From Alcanivoracaceae bacterium (lineage in GTDB: Bacteria; Pseudomonadota; Gammaproteobacteria; Pseudomonadales; Alcanivoracaceae), in assembly GCA_035301485.1 (NCBI GenBank), contig DATGUF010000038.1, positions 26,271 through 90,270 on the forward strand: a DNA stretch of 64,000 bases, written 5' to 3'. The position numbers and the translations under genes are program-made. The notes below the pieces were generated by a model. The model did no database searches, was not told the origin of the DNA, and saw only the letters and a list, made by a program, of their open reading frames with translations. Positions 36,106-47,006 of the stretch are shown piece after piece. Every line of letters begins with the position of its first letter. The stretch's first letter is position 1.

Positions 36106-38505
36106 CTAAAAAACATGCCCTAATGTAAACTGGAAGAACTCAGTCTCGTCGCCTGATTCCTTGTTCAATGGGCGGCCAATGCTGAAACCTAGCGGCCCGA
36201 TTGCCGTTAACCATGTCAACCCAAGACCTGCCGAATAACGCAAATCTCCTAAATCAAATGATGTGTAGCGATTGCTCCACTGCTCAGAAGACAAGTAACG
36301 CTTACCACCATTTGTTTGGAACACCTGCCCTGCATCCACAAAGAGGAAGGTGCGCAAATTACGGCTTTCTGCTGCAAAAGGCGTTGGGAATATCAGCTCC
36401 AAGCCCGCTTCCACCAAGAGGTTACCTCCCATTGGATCAGGATCTCTATCCTGAGTACAGCTGTTAGCTGTACAGCTAGCATCGTGTTCATAACGCACTG
36501 CTGGCGAACGTGGCCCCAAGGAACGTGAACGATAGCTTCTCACAGAACCAATACCACCGGCGTAAAAGTTTTCAAAAAATGGTAGCCCAGTGCTATCACC
36601 AAATCCGTCACCATAACCTACATCGGCCTTAGCGCGTAAGGTCCAATAGTTAGTAATGGGGATATATAACTGGCCGTCCAAATTCACCTTGTAGAAGGTG
36701 TAGTCACTACCAGGAGCCGCCACCTCAAGCCCAATGCTGCTCGACCAACCTCTATCCGCCATAATGCCGCGGTTTAATGTGCTCGTACGCAAGCTAGCAT
36801 TGGCTTTAAATAAATCGAACTTTTCCCCTTCTTCCTTGAGGAAATCATAAATATCCACTGCTACCCAGCTACCAGTACGAATTTTGATGTTATCCACACC
36901 CACGCCAAAGTTTAAACGTGAATATTCTGAAATGGGGTAACCGTAGTTCACAGCCCCACCCAAGCGGTCGGCTGCATAAGAAGCCACATAAGCCTTCTTG
37001 AAATCGATTTTGGAATAGTACAGGTTAAAACCTCGGCTTACACCGTCGAGCGTGTAGTACGGGTTTAAATATGAGAAATCATAGCTCTCACGAATATCAC
37101 TGCGGCTGAGGCCAAATGAAACGTGATTACCCGTTCCCATGAAGTTACTTTGCGAAACGTTAGCGCCGAAAATAAAGCCGCTGCCATCCGAATAACCAAT
37201 ATTTGCACCGATAGAACCCGATGGTTGCTCTTCCACGGTGTAGTTAACATCGATGAGATCTTCCGAGCTAGGCACCTGTGGCGTATCTACCTGAACATAA
37301 GAAAAATAGCCTAGGCGTTCTAATCTTTCACGGGACAAGTCAATCAAAGCTGAGTTAGCCGGAGCCCCCTCAAACTGGCGCAACTCACGACGCAGCACTT
37401 CATCTTGAGTTTTGATATTGCCCGCAAAATTAATTTTGTTTACATAGGTTTTTCTACCGGGTTGGACATATAAAACAATATCCACCTCGCCCGTTTCTTC
37501 GTTCACTTCAGAGTGATCTTGAATTTTTGCAAAGGTATAACCTTCGTTACCAAGGCGACGGTTCAACAGCTCTGTGGTGTACGTTATTTTTTGCTGTGAA
37601 AAAATATCACCCGGCTCTACCACAATAAGAGGCTCGAGCACTTTTTCATCCACAGGTATGTCACCTGCTAAACGAATGCTACCTACGTTATAACGCTTGT
37701 CTTCATCAACGTTAATGGTGATGTATACGCTACCGCGATCTGGGGTTACAGACACTTGCGTGGATTCAATTGTGAAATTGAGGTAGCCGCGGTCTAAGTA
37801 ATAAGAGCGCAAGCTTTCTAAATCGCCAGAGAGGCGCTCTTTAGAATAACGGGAACGGCCACTAATGGGCCACCAGCCTTTGGGTTTTAGCTGGAAAACA
37901 CTGCGCAACTCTTTATCGGAGAAGGTTTTATTACCCACAATATTTATATCGCGAATACGTGCTGAGCTACCTTCATAAATATTAATATTCAAAGCCACAC
38001 GGTTGCGCGCTAGCGGTACCGCTTCTGCTTCAACGCTGGCATCATAGCGGCCTTGTGCCACATATTGGCGCTGTAGCTCACCGGTAATGCCATCTAACGT
38101 AGAGCGGCGGAACATTTCACCTTCAGCCAACCCCGCATCCTTTAAACCAGCTTTGAGCTGTTTGCTATCAATGCTTTTATTGCCTTTGATATCTAACTTG
38201 GCAATAGACGGGCGTTCTGCCACCACCACTACGAGTTGGTTGTTATCGCGGCCCACCTGCACATCTTCAAAATTACCGCTGGCGTATAACCTACGTACCG
38301 TTTCGGCGACCACACGGGCATCTACCACGTCGCCTTTAGACACCGGCAGCAGCGCATACACCCTTTCTGCAGGCAAACGCTGCAGCCCCTCAATACGAAC
38401 ATCATCAACGCGGAACTGTGCAACACCTTGTGCTACCGCATGGGTTGTACTGAACGTTAGTATCGCTGCGAATATAAAAAGCGCTCGCTTAAACATTGTT
38501 TTCAT
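36106..38505 (-). CDS. bamA: Outer membrane protein assembly factor BamA
   Basis: 799 aa with a signal peptide, POTRA repeats and a C-terminal beta-barrel ending FQFTLGHVF. An alternative ATG lies at 38496. Confidence 0.95.
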   Translation of the reverse strand: MKTMFKRALFIFAAILTFSTTHAVAQGVAQFRVDDVRIEGLQRLPAERVYALLPVSKGDVVDARVVAETVRRLYASGNFEDVQVGRDNNQLVVVVAERPSIAKLDIKGNKSIDSKQLKAGLKDAGLAEGEMFRRSTLDGITGELQRQYVAQGRYDASVEAEAVPLARNRVALNINIYEGSSARIRDINIVGNKTFSDKELRSVFQLKPKGWWPISGRSRYSKERLSGDLESLRSYYLDRGYLNFTIESTQVSVTPDRGSVYITINVDEDKRYNVGSIRLAGDIPVDEKVLEPLIVVEPGDIFSQQKITYTTELLNRRLGNEGYTFAKIQDHSEVNEETGEVDIVLYVQPGRKTYVNKINFAGNIKTQDEVLRRELRQFEGAPANSALIDLSRERLERLGYFSYVQVDTPQVPSSEDLIDVNYTVEEQPSGSIGANIGYSDGSGFIFGANVSQSNFMGTGNHVSFGLSRSDIRESYDFSYLNPYYTLDGVSRGFNLYYSKIDFKKAYVASYAADRLGGAVNYGYPISEYSRLNFGVGVDNIKIRTGSWVAVDIYDFLKEEGEKFDLFKANASLRTSTLNRGIMADRGWSSSIGLEVAAPGSDYTFYKVNLDGQLYIPITNYWTLRAKADVGYGDGFGDSTGLPFFENFYAGGIGSVRSYRSRSLGPRSPAVRYEHDASCTANSCTQDRDPDPMGGNLLVEAGLELIFPTPFAAESRNLRTFLFVDAGQVFQTNGGKRYLSSEQWSNRYTSFDLGDLRYSAGLGLTWLTAIGPLGFSIGRPLNKESGDETEFFQFTLGHVF

Positions 38506-39824
38506 TAAGTAAACTGCCGCATCAAATCGTTAAAAATTGCCACGCACATTAGTGCGAAAACCAGTGTCATCCCCAACCCTTGAGCTCTCATCAGGAACTC
38601 ATCGGACAGGGGCTTGCCGCGTACCATTTCTATTAAGCCAAACATCACCCAACCACCATCCAACATAGGAATGGGTAATAGGTTTATGACGCCAAGGCTA
38701 ACACTAAAAAACGCTAAAAATAGGCCAAAACTAATAAAACCTATTGCTGCCGTTTCGCCTGCAGCTTGCGCAATGGTAATGGGCCCACCCAAATTTTTCA
38801 CGGACAAATTGCCAGTGATCATTTTACCAAAGGAACTTAGGATCATCGTGACTTGATCTGTGGTGCGTTTCAGTGCTGCTGGTAAAGCATCCACCAAACC
38901 ATATTCAATGTTGCGCAGGCCACCAATCTGGACACCAACCATCCCGATACGTTCCCCATTCACCGTTTTTTCTTCTGGGGTCAGGGTAATGTAATGCGTG
39001 GTTCCTGCGCGCAGCACCTCTAGCTCTAAAGCACTTCCTGGCGCGGCTTGTACAGTTTGCACCCACTCGTTCCAAGTGCTCACTGCTCTGCCGTTAACCG
39101 CTTGAATACGGTCGCCTTCTTTTAGCGATGTTTGCGCAGCGGCACCATCTGGATTTATTTTTCCTAGCACAGCTGGAAGCGGGCGTGGTGCAAAACCTAA
39201 CAGTTCAAACATGGGGCCCTCAAGGTCATTCGACCAAGCAGAAATATCTAACTGCACCGTTCTTTCATGGCCCAACTCGTCGCGAACATCTACCGCCACA
39301 GGGTCTTTATCGCCCACAAAACGTAGCATACCCATGCTAAATTGCTGCCACGTTTGTACTTCTCGCCCACCTAAGGCAACAATTTCATCGCCGTATTGCA
39401 AACCCGCCACTGCAGCAGGAGAACGTTCCGCCACATCACCCACCACAGGCGGCACACTTAACTGGCCCTGTAGCAAAATAACCCAATACAACAGTATGGC
39501 TAACACAAAGTTAGCGGCAGGGCCCGCCAAATAAACAATGACTCGCTGCCAAGCAGGTTTTTGCGAAAACTCTTGCCCTGCCTCATGGGCGCCCACTTGG
39601 CTATCGCGTTTGTCGAGCGGTTTTACATAGCCACCTAAGGGAATAGCAGAAATAACAAACTCGGTGCCGCGAGCGCTCGTCCAACGCAACAGCTTAGGCC
39701 CAAAACCTATGGAGAAAGTAAGCACCTTTACGCCGAACAAACGCATGGCAAGAAAGTGACCGTATTCATGAATCGCCACAATCACCATAATGGTAAGGGC
39801 AAAGGCAAGCAGCATCGTCAGCAT
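38505..39824 (-). CDS. rseP: Sigma-E protease RseP (site-2 zinc metalloprotease)
   Basis: 439 aa with the HEYGHF zinc motif in TM1, PDZ region(s) and the LLPIPMLDGG motif. Confidence 0.93.
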   Translation of the reverse strand: MLTMLLAFALTIMVIVAIHEYGHFLAMRLFGVKVLTFSIGFGPKLLRWTSARGTEFVISAIPLGGYVKPLDKRDSQVGAHEAGQEFSQKPAWQRVIVYLAGPAANFVLAILLYWVILLQGQLSVPPVVGDVAERSPAAVAGLQYGDEIVALGGREVQTWQQFSMGMLRFVGDKDPVAVDVRDELGHERTVQLDISAWSNDLEGPMFELLGFAPRPLPAVLGKINPDGAAAQTSLKEGDRIQAVNGRAVSTWNEWVQTVQAAPGSALELEVLRAGTTHYITLTPEEKTVNGERIGMVGVQIGGLRNIEYGLVDALPAALKRTTDQVTMILSSFGKMITGNLSVKNLGGPITIAQAAGETAAIGFISFGLFLAFFSVSLGVINLLPIPMLDGGWVMFGLIEMVRGKPLSDEFLMRAQGLGMTLVFALMCVAIFNDLMRQFT

Positions 39825-41002
39825 TAGCGGTACACTCCGGCATTAATAATGGCTCGCGCACAGCGGCGTGCTTGCTCATCAGCAGCCATTACCACTTCTA
39901 GTTCGCTCGCGGTTTCTACCGCTACTTTATTAATGGCATCTGTCACCACTGCAAAAATCCCCTGAAAGCTCAACTCACCCAATAAAAAAGCAGCCACCGC
40001 TTCTTCATTGGCGGCATTCAAAATAGCCGTGGCGGTGCCGCCCACTGTTAAAGCTTCGCGCGCCAAATTCAAACTAGGAAATAACTCATGGTTGGGCTCT
40101 TCAAAATGTAGCGCAGCTAACTCTGTTAATTTAAGCGCTGGGGCGCCTGAATGCATACGTTCAGGCCAAGCCAGTGCGTGGGCAATGGGGGTACGCATAT
40201 CGGGGCTGCCCAGCTGTGCCAACACCGAGCCATCCACGTACTCCACCATGGAGTGCACCACACTTTCCGGGTGCACCACCACTGTCACTTGTTCATGAGG
40301 CACATCAAACAACCAGCACGCCTCTATAAGCTCTAAACCCTTGTTCATTAAACTGGCAGAATCCACCGAAATTTTTTGCCCCATGGACCAATTAGGGTGT
40401 TTAACAGCCATGGCAGGCGTAACCGTAGCTAATTGTTGTGCGGTAAAGTTACGAAAAGGCCCACCAGAGGCCGTTAGCCATAATTGGCTTACACCTCCAT
40501 GTTGCACACCTTCCTGTGGCAAACATTGAAAAATAGCATTATGTTCAGAATCTAGTGGGATTAATTCAGCCTGATGTGTGTGAACAGCATCCATAAAAAG
40601 CTGCCCTGTTACTACGAGCGCTTCCTTATTTGCTAGCAAGACACGTTTACCCGCTTGCACTGCTGCTAATGTAGGCCGCACACCCACCGCACCCACAATG
40701 GCAGCTACCACCACGTCTACTTCAGCCGCTGCAGACACTTGCTCCATAGCTTTCACGCCACTTAGCACCTCTGTTCGGCAATTTTGTTCGTGTAAGTGTT
40801 TTTGCAGCTGCTGTGCCGCTTCTTCATCTGCCAGCACGGCATAAACTGGCTGCCATGCTAGGCACTGCTCGGCCAATAGGCGCCAGTTAGCACCCGCCAC
40901 TAATGCATATACGGCGTAGCGCCCTGGGTGCTCAGCCATAACCTTCAACGTTTGCGTGCCGATACTGCCTGTGGAGCCCAACAACGTGATTTGTTCAGCC
41001 AC
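39824..41002 (-). CDS. dxr: 1-deoxy-D-xylulose 5-phosphate reductoisomerase
   Basis: 392 aa with LGSTGSIG NADPH-binding, LANKE and DSEH motifs. GTG start. Confidence 0.94.
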   Translation of the reverse strand: MAEQITLLGSTGSIGTQTLKVMAEHPGRYAVYALVAGANWRLLAEQCLAWQPVYAVLADEEAAQQLQKHLHEQNCRTEVLSGVKAMEQVSAAAEVDVVVAAIVGAVGVRPTLAAVQAGKRVLLANKEALVVTGQLFMDAVHTHQAELIPLDSEHNAIFQCLPQEGVQHGGVSQLWLTASGGPFRNFTAQQLATVTPAMAVKHPNWSMGQKISVDSASLMNKGLELIEACWLFDVPHEQVTVVVHPESVVHSMVEYVDGSVLAQLGSPDMRTPIAHALAWPERMHSGAPALKLTELAALHFEEPNHELFPSLNLAREALTVGGTATAILNAANEEAVAAFLLGELSFQGIFAVVTDAINKVAVETASELEVVMAADEQARRCARAIINAGVYR

Positions 41003-41005
41003 CTA

Positions 41006-41830
41006 TTACAGCCCTCCAGGCAAGCCGGCTAAACTCATGGCTGCAATAGCAATGGGTAGCGCAGCCGTTAAACTATCAATGCGATCGAGCATGCCACCAT
41101 GGCCAGGCAAAATTTTGCCGCTATCTTTTACACCTCGATAGCGTTTAATCATGCTTTCGAAGAGATCTCCAAACACTGACACAAAAATAGTTAACAGGGC
41201 CACTAACAAGAGATTAAACCGCGAGACGCTTTCAGGAACCCACAGTGCGGCCACCACTTGCACCACGAGCAGAGATAGCAGCACGCCCCCTACCAAGCCT
41301 TCCACTGTTTTGCCTGGGCTTACTTTAGGCGCTAGTTTATTTTTGCCAAATGTACGGCCCGCGAAATAAGCGCCGGTATCAGCCGCCCATACCCAGAGCA
41401 TGATAAACAGCAGCGCCCAAGGCCCGTTAAGGCCCAAAGCGCCTTGATCTTTAAGGTGCACCACCGCTGCCCACGTGGGCGCAAGCAAAAACAAACCTAG
41501 CACCGCCATAACGGGGGCTTTCGACCATAACGTTGTGCCATTGGGATAGCGCACCACCCAATAAATAAGCAACAGCCAAGCCCATGGCAACCATTTCAGC
41601 ACCGCTGTCCATTGCCAAGCTTCTATCGCCAACATTAATACTGCTAGCACAGCTAGCCATGCCCCACGTTGCACGGCCGTCAGCCTGCCAATCCATGCCG
41701 TCCATTCCCATCCAGCAGCTAAGAAAAAAGCCGCTGCGGCAATAGCAAAGCCCTTGCGTTCTAAACCAAACAGCGCACCTAGCACAATAACAAAAAGCAC
41801 TATTGCAGTGATCACACGGTGTTTAAGCAT
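41006..41830 (-). CDS. cdsA: Phosphatidate cytidylyltransferase
   Basis: 274 aa, polytopic, with the C-terminal signature SMIKRYRGVKDSGKILPGHGGMLDRIDS. Confidence 0.93.
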   Translation of the reverse strand: MLKHRVITAIVLFVIVLGALFGLERKGFAIAAAAFFLAAGWEWTAWIGRLTAVQRGAWLAVLAVLMLAIEAWQWTAVLKWLPWAWLLLIYWVVRYPNGTTLWSKAPVMAVLGLFLLAPTWAAVVHLKDQGALGLNGPWALLFIMLWVWAADTGAYFAGRTFGKNKLAPKVSPGKTVEGLVGGVLLSLLVVQVVAALWVPESVSRFNLLLVALLTIFVSVFGDLFESMIKRYRGVKDSGKILPGHGGMLDRIDSLTAALPIAIAAMSLAGLPGGL

Positions 41831-41836
41831 GGGAGT

Positions 41837-42613
41837 TTATCCTTTCTTATTTGTCAGCTGCGCCACTTCTGCGCCACTTCGTCCAAAGCGTCTTTGCCGG
41901 CCACTATACTCTACTACGGCTTGCTCTAGTGATCTTTCATCGAAATCAGGCCACAATTCATCGGTAAAATATAATTCACTATACGCTACTTGCCAGAGCA
42001 TAAAGTTGCTAATGCGGTATTCGCCACCGGTTCGGATCAGCAAATCCACTGGTGGCAAATCTGCCAAATACAACTGCGCACCCAGATAAGCATCAGTAAT
42101 ATCTGCCACTTGAATTGCGCCAGCTTGCACCTGCTCGGCAGCTGCTCTAGCTGCTTGGGCGATATCCCACTGACCACCATAGTTCACTGCCACCACAACG
42201 GTTAAGCTGTCGTTATGGCGCGTTTGCTCTTCCGCTTTACGCATTCCGGCACGCAAATCATCTGAAAACGCGCTCAATTCGCCCATAAAACGAATGCGGA
42301 CATTATTTTCATGCAACTCCGCTACGCGTTTTTGCAGCGCTTGCAAAAACAGCGCCATTAAATGCTGTACTTCTTCTTCTGGACGGCGCCAATTTTCTGA
42401 GCTAAAAGCAAACAACGTTAGCACCTCGATGCCTTGCTTTACGCTTGCCTCAATAACGGCTTGCACAGCTTGCTCGCCCGCTTTGTGGCCTTCAGCACCT
42501 GGCAAAGAACGGCGCTGTGCCCAACGATTATTGCCATCCATAATGATGGCAAGATGACGAGGAATGGAGCCTTTATGACTATCAATATCAGGAGCATGTG
42601 ATGTGTGAGGCAT
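41837..42613 (-). CDS. uppS: Ditrans,polycis-undecaprenyl-diphosphate synthase
   Basis: HLAIIMDGNNRWA, AFSSENWRRP and RTGGEYRISNFMLWQ. The ATG at 42613 is preferred over the upstream track start at 42655. Confidence 0.93.
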   Translation of the reverse strand: MPHTSHAPDIDSHKGSIPRHLAIIMDGNNRWAQRRSLPGAEGHKAGEQAVQAVIEASVKQGIEVLTLFAFSSENWRRPEEEVQHLMALFLQALQKRVAELHENNVRIRFMGELSAFSDDLRAGMRKAEEQTRHNDSLTVVVAVNYGGQWDIAQAARAAAEQVQAGAIQVADITDAYLGAQLYLADLPPVDLLIRTGGEYRISNFMLWQVAYSELYFTDELWPDFDERSLEQAVVEYSGRQRRFGRSGAEVAQLTNKKG

Positions 42614-42642
42614 AAGACACTTCGCTAACCTTGTGTGAACAC

Positions 42643-42666
42643 AAAACCGGGACAAAGCCCGGTTTT
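42643..42666 (-). terminator. Intrinsic terminator/attenuator downstream of frr
   Basis: AAAACCGGG (42643-42651) pairs with CCCGGTTTT (58-66). On the minus strand the stem is followed by TTTTG. Confidence 0.55.
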
Positions 42667-42690
42667 TATTTATTGCATTAATTCAATGAG

Positions 42691-43248
42691 TTACACAGAC
42701 ATCAAATCGTCTTCTTTTTCTTTCAAGCGCTGATCCACCACACCGACCATTTTATCGGTGAGCTGCTGGATCACTTCTTCTGCACGGCGTTGATCATCTT
42801 CAGAAATTTCTTTCTCTTGTACGAGATCTTTAATATCGCCATTCGCATCTCGGCGAATATTACGTATAGAGACACGCGCGTTTTCAGCTTCGTTTCTCAC
42901 CACACGCACTAAATCGCGACGAGTTTCTTCAGTTAGAGCAGGCAGAGGTAAACGAATAACAGCACCTGCTGTGGAGGGGTTTAAACCTAAATCTGACTTT
43001 AAGATAGCGCGCTCAACCTCAGGTACTAGCTGCTGATCAAAAGGAGATACCATCAGCGTTCTACCTTCTTCCACAGTGATGTTGGCTAACTGATTAAGCG
43101 GTGTATCTGCGCCGTAATAAGGCACCATCACGTTATCTAACAAACTAGGATGTGCACGCCCTGTGCGCACACGTGACAACGCCACACCATAAGCTTCAAT
43201 GCTTTTCTTCATGCGCTGTTCTGCATCTTTTCTAATTTCTTCTATCAC
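42691..43248 (-). CDS. frr: Ribosome recycling factor
   Basis: 185 aa, colinear with Frr ([29 protein letters not shown]). Confidence 0.96.
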   Translation of the reverse strand: MIEEIRKDAEQRMKKSIEAYGVALSRVRTGRAHPSLLDNVMVPYYGADTPLNQLANITVEEGRTLMVSPFDQQLVPEVERAILKSDLGLNPSTAGAVIRLPLPALTEETRRDLVRVVRNEAENARVSIRNIRRDANGDIKDLVQEKEISEDDQRRAEEVIQQLTDKMVGVVDQRLKEKEDDLMSV

Positions 43249-43269
43249 CCTAATATCCTCATCTAAAAA

Positions 43270-44010
43270 TTATTCACTAGCTTTAATCAATGTGCCTTCG
43301 TCTTTACCAAGCATCATTTGCAACAAGGCGCCTGGTTTATTCATGTTAAACACACGTAATGGCATATTGTGGTCTTGGCACAGGTGAATAGCAGTTAAAT
43401 CCATCACCCCAAGACGCTGATTTAATACTTCATCGTAGGTAAGCGTTTGATATTTAACCGCATTAGGATTTGTCATTGGGTCATCATCATAAACGCCATC
43501 TACTTTTGTGGCTTTCAATACCACATCGGCTTTAATCTCAATACCGCGTAAACAACCTGCTGAATCCGTAGTAAAAAACGGATTGCCTGTGCCCGCGCTA
43601 AATATTACCACTTCGCCGCGTTTTAAATAACGAATCGCATTGCGATGATCGTAGTGCTCCACTACGCCACTCATGGGAATAGCCGACATTAAACGGGTTC
43701 TAATATTAGAGCGCTCAAGCGCATCGCGCAAAGCCAAACCGTTCATTACAGTGGCTAGCATGCCCATGTGGTCGCCGGCAACACGATCAAGCCCTGCTGC
43801 TTGCAAAGCAGAACCTCGAAATAAGTTACCACCACCTACTACCAAGCCCACTTGCACGCCTATGCCAACCAGTTGACCGATTTCTAAGGACATGGCATCC
43901 AATACTTTAGGGTCTATTCCAAAGCCTTCTTCGCCTGCCAACGCCTCGCCACTCAGTTTAAGCAGTATGCGATTATAGCGTGGGGATCGATCTTGATTTT
44001 CACTGGTCAT
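43270..44010 (-). CDS. pyrH: UMP kinase
   Basis: 246 aa: [30 protein letters not shown]. Confidence 0.96.
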   Translation of the reverse strand: MTSENQDRSPRYNRILLKLSGEALAGEEGFGIDPKVLDAMSLEIGQLVGIGVQVGLVVGGGNLFRGSALQAAGLDRVAGDHMGMLATVMNGLALRDALERSNIRTRLMSAIPMSGVVEHYDHRNAIRYLKRGEVVIFSAGTGNPFFTTDSAGCLRGIEIKADVVLKATKVDGVYDDDPMTNPNAVKYQTLTYDEVLNQRLGVMDLTAIHLCQDHNMPLRVFNMNKPGALLQMMLGKDEGTLIKASE

Positions 44011-44110
44011 TGCACTGTCTCCGCCGCCTATCTTTGATACTCAATAATATGCTGCTGCAAAGCTTACCATTCATCTTGCAGTAGCCCTACCTTATTTGAA
44101 CTTTATCTAC

Positions 44111-44145
44111 AAAAACGCCTTGCCAACATGTGTCGGCAAGGCGTT
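44111..44145 (-). terminator. Intrinsic terminator downstream of tsf
   Basis: An 11-bp stem: AACGCCTTGCC (44114-44124) pairs with GGCAAGGCGTT (44135-44145). On the minus strand it is followed by TTTTTG. Confidence 0.7.
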
Positions 44146-44173
44146 AACTTTCACTGCTTTCTCACTACTGAAA

Positions 44174-45049
44174 TTACTTCAGTTGCGCCATTACTTCCGC
44201 AGCGAAATCTTCCTCTTCTTTCTCAATGCCTTCACCCACTTCTAAGCGTACGAAAGCTTGTACGGTTGCATCTGCTTTCTTAGCAAACTCACCAACAGAA
44301 GTAGAAGGATCTTTTACAAATGGCTGGTCTACCAAGCTGATTTCTTTTAGGAAACGCTGTACACGACCCTGAACCATTTTTTCCATAATCTCTGCAGGCT
44401 TGCCTTCCATATCAGGCTGCGCACGAATAATTTCTTTTTCGCGCTCTAGCAACTCAGGATCTACCTGGTCTGCAGTAACAATAGTGGGGTTAATCGCTGC
44501 TACGTGCATAGCAACATCGCGCGCTACCTCTTCGTTACCGCCTTCTAAGCTAACGAGTACGCCAATTTTGCCGCCGTGAACGTAGGAACCCACAACAGAA
44601 TCAGAATTTAGAATGCCTGCACGGCGAACTTGGATGTTTTCACCGATTTGCTGAACAAGGCTATTACGCGCTTCTTCAACAGTAGGGCCTTCAGCAGTAG
44701 CGAGTTGAGCAATTTTCTCAACATCTGCTTCTTTTGCTTCTAACGCTGCTTGAGCAACGCTGTCAGCAAACTTTAAGAAACTCTCATCACGTGCAACGAA
44801 GTCTGTTTCTGAGTTAATTTCAACCATTACAGCTAGCTTGTTATCTTCGCTAGTAGCAATGGCAATAACGCCTTCAGCGGCAACACGGCCTGCTTTTTTA
44901 GCAGCAGCGGCTTGCCCAGACTTACGTAAATCATCAATCGCGCGTTCAATGTCACCTTCTGCAGCTACGAGTGCTTTTTTGCACTCCATCATGCCCAGAC
45001 CAGTACGTTCACGCAGTTCTTTAACTAGAGCAGCGGTTACAACAGCCAT
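44174..45049 (-). CDS. tsf: Elongation factor Ts
   Basis: [27 protein letters not shown] from the ATG at 45049. The track ORF to 45127 is an upstream extension. Confidence 0.96.
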   Translation of the reverse strand: MAVVTAALVKELRERTGLGMMECKKALVAAEGDIERAIDDLRKSGQAAAAKKAGRVAAEGVIAIATSEDNKLAVMVEINSETDFVARDESFLKFADSVAQAALEAKEADVEKIAQLATAEGPTVEEARNSLVQQIGENIQVRRAGILNSDSVVGSYVHGGKIGVLVSLEGGNEEVARDVAMHVAAINPTIVTADQVDPELLEREKEIIRAQPDMEGKPAEIMEKMVQGRVQRFLKEISLVDQPFVKDPSTSVGEFAKKADATVQAFVRLEVGEGIEKEEEDFAAEVMAQLK

Positions 45050-45089
45050 GCTATTTACCTCACGCCAATCAAATTCGTTTAATGAATGC

Positions 45090-45116
45090 GAATGCAGGGG
45101 CCACGCCCCCGCATTC
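45090..45116 (-). promoter_or_regulatory. Stable hairpin in the rpsB-tsf intergenic spacer
   Basis: On the minus strand GAATGCGGGGG and CCCCTGCATTC form an 11-bp stem with one G-U pair. No U-tract follows. It may be a processing or attenuation element; this is inference only. Confidence 0.35.
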
Positions 45117-45163
45117 AATATCGCCACAAGTGGCTGAATACGCTTTTAGCTTGAACGCTAAAA

Positions 45164-45919
45164 TTAAGCTTCGGCTTCTTCGCTAACTTCTACGAAATCG
45201 TCAGCAGCAACTTGGCCACCAGCTTGTTGCAAGCCTGCGTATTCACGGCCTTCGATGATGGCGTCAGCAATAGCTCTTACATACAGCTGAATTGCACGGA
45301 TCGCATCATCGTTACCAGGAATTACATAATCAATGTTATCTGGATCACTGTTGGTATCTACAACAGCGATAACAGGAATGCCTAGCTTACGCGCTTCTTT
45401 GATGGCGATGTCTTCGTGGTCTACGTCCACAACAAACATAGCATCAGGCAAACCGCCCATATCTTTAATACCACCAATGGAGCGCTCTAACTTCGCCATT
45501 TCACGCTCACGCATCAAGGCTTCTTTCTTTGTGAGCAATTCAAAAGTACCGTCAGCCGCTTGCGCTTCTAGCTCGCGGTAACGATTAATGGACTGGCGAA
45601 TGGTTTTCCAGTTGGTGAGCATACCGCCTAACCAGCGGTTATCTACATAAGGCATACCACAACGAGTTGCTTCTTCTGCAATCGTTTCTTGCGCTGCGCG
45701 CTTAGTACCTACAAATAGAATCTTGCTGTTCTCAGCACCTAGCTTGTTTGCTAACGCTAGCGCCTCTTGGAACATGGGCAAGGTTTTTTCTAGGTTAATG
45801 ATATGAATTTTGTTACGTGCACCAAAAATGAAAGGCTTCATCTTTGGGTTCCAGAAACGGGTTTGGTGACCAAAGTGGACACCGGCTTTCAACATATCAC
45901 GCATTGTGACGTTAGCCAT
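45164..45919 (-). CDS. rpsB: 30S ribosomal protein S2
   Basis: [27 protein letters not shown] from the ATG at 45919. The track ORF to 45973 is an upstream extension. Confidence 0.97.
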   Translation of the reverse strand: MANVTMRDMLKAGVHFGHQTRFWNPKMKPFIFGARNKIHIINLEKTLPMFQEALALANKLGAENSKILFVGTKRAAQETIAEEATRCGMPYVDNRWLGGMLTNWKTIRQSINRYRELEAQAADGTFELLTKKEALMREREMAKLERSIGGIKDMGGLPDAMFVVDVDHEDIAIKEARKLGIPVIAVVDTNSDPDNIDYVIPGNDDAIRAIQLYVRAIADAIIEGREYAGLQQAGGQVAADDFVEVSEEAEA

Positions 45920-46105
45920 TTTGATACTCCATATTTTATCTTGGGTTGGGCCTCCATGTTTCCCAGCTTTCAACCCTTAAGCTTTATCAGTAAAGCAAAG
46001 GCACCCAGAAAGCTGTGTCGAAACATGTGTGGATTTTCCATGTCCGTAACGAAACAGGTACACTATGCACACTGTTGTGTTCGGATTGGCGCGCGATTTA
46101 TACCA
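45920..46105 (-). promoter_or_regulatory. rpsB long 5' leader with a putative extended -10 promoter
   Basis: The minus strand reads TGGTATAAA at 46105-46097, matching TGnTATAAT at 8 of 9 positions. This would give a leader of roughly 170 nt. E. coli rpsB likewise has an extended -10 promoter and a long S2-autoregulated leader. I did not verify the leader structure. Confidence 0.4.
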
Positions 46106-46212
46106 CGAATGGCGCTGAATCACAATTATTTTTCACTTAACATCCGAGCAAACTCACTTCACTATGTTATTTTTCAATAGCATTTAACCCATATAGGCAA
46201 CTTTTATTATTT

Positions 46213-46992
46213 ATGAGCATTATTATTAAATCCCCAGAAGACATCGAAGCCATGCGCGTGGCCGGCCAGCTCGCAGCTGAAGTACTAGAAATGATCACCC
46301 CGCACGTGCAGCCAGGCATCACCACGGGTGAATTAGATCGCATTTGCCATGATCACATCGTGAACGTACAAAAAGCGATCCCTGCTAATGTGGGCTATCA
46401 AGGCTTCCCGAAGACTCTATGCACCTCTGTGAACCATGTTATTTGCCACGGTATTCCCAGCGACACCAAAGTGCTAAGAAACGGCGATATCTTAAACATC
46501 GACGTCACTGTAATTAAGGATGGTTGGCACGGCGACACCAGCAAAATGTTTCATGTGGGCGAACCCACTATTTTACATACCCGCCTCGTGGATGTCACAA
46601 GAGAATGTATGATCCGTGGCATTCAGCAAGTACGCCCTGGCGCACGCCTCGGTGATATTGGCCACGCCATTCAGGAACATGCTGAAAGAAACCGTTTTAG
46701 CGTGGTGCGCGAATACTGCGGCCATGGCATTGGCCAGGTGTACCACGAAGATCCACAAGTACTACACTACGGCACACCCGGCACGGGCCTCGAACTGCAG
46801 GAAGGCATGGTATTTACTATTGAACCCATGATTAATGCTGGCAGAGCACGTACCCGTCTGCTAAAAGATGGTTGGACCGTGGTGACTGCAGACCGCCGTC
46901 CCTCTGCTCAGTGGGAGCACACCATCGCAGTTACCAAAGACGGTTATGACATTTTAACCCTGCGCTCAGAAGAAACTGACTTACAGCCCTAA
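46213..46992 (+). CDS. map: Type I methionine aminopeptidase
   Basis: 259 aa: VCHGIP, DIDVTVIKDGWHGDTS, GHGIG, EPMIN, QWEHT. Confidence 0.96.
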   Translation: MSIIIKSPEDIEAMRVAGQLAAEVLEMITPHVQPGITTGELDRICHDHIVNVQKAIPANVGYQGFPKTLCTSVNHVICHGIPSDTKVLRNGDILNIDVTVIKDGWHGDTSKMFHVGEPTILHTRLVDVTRECMIRGIQQVRPGARLGDIGHAIQEHAERNRFSVVREYCGHGIGQVYHEDPQVLHYGTPGTGLELQEGMVFTIEPMINAGRARTRLLKDGWTVVTADRRPSAQWEHTIAVTKDGYDILTLRSEETDLQP

Positions 46993-47006
46993 CCTGTGAG
47001 GCCCCT

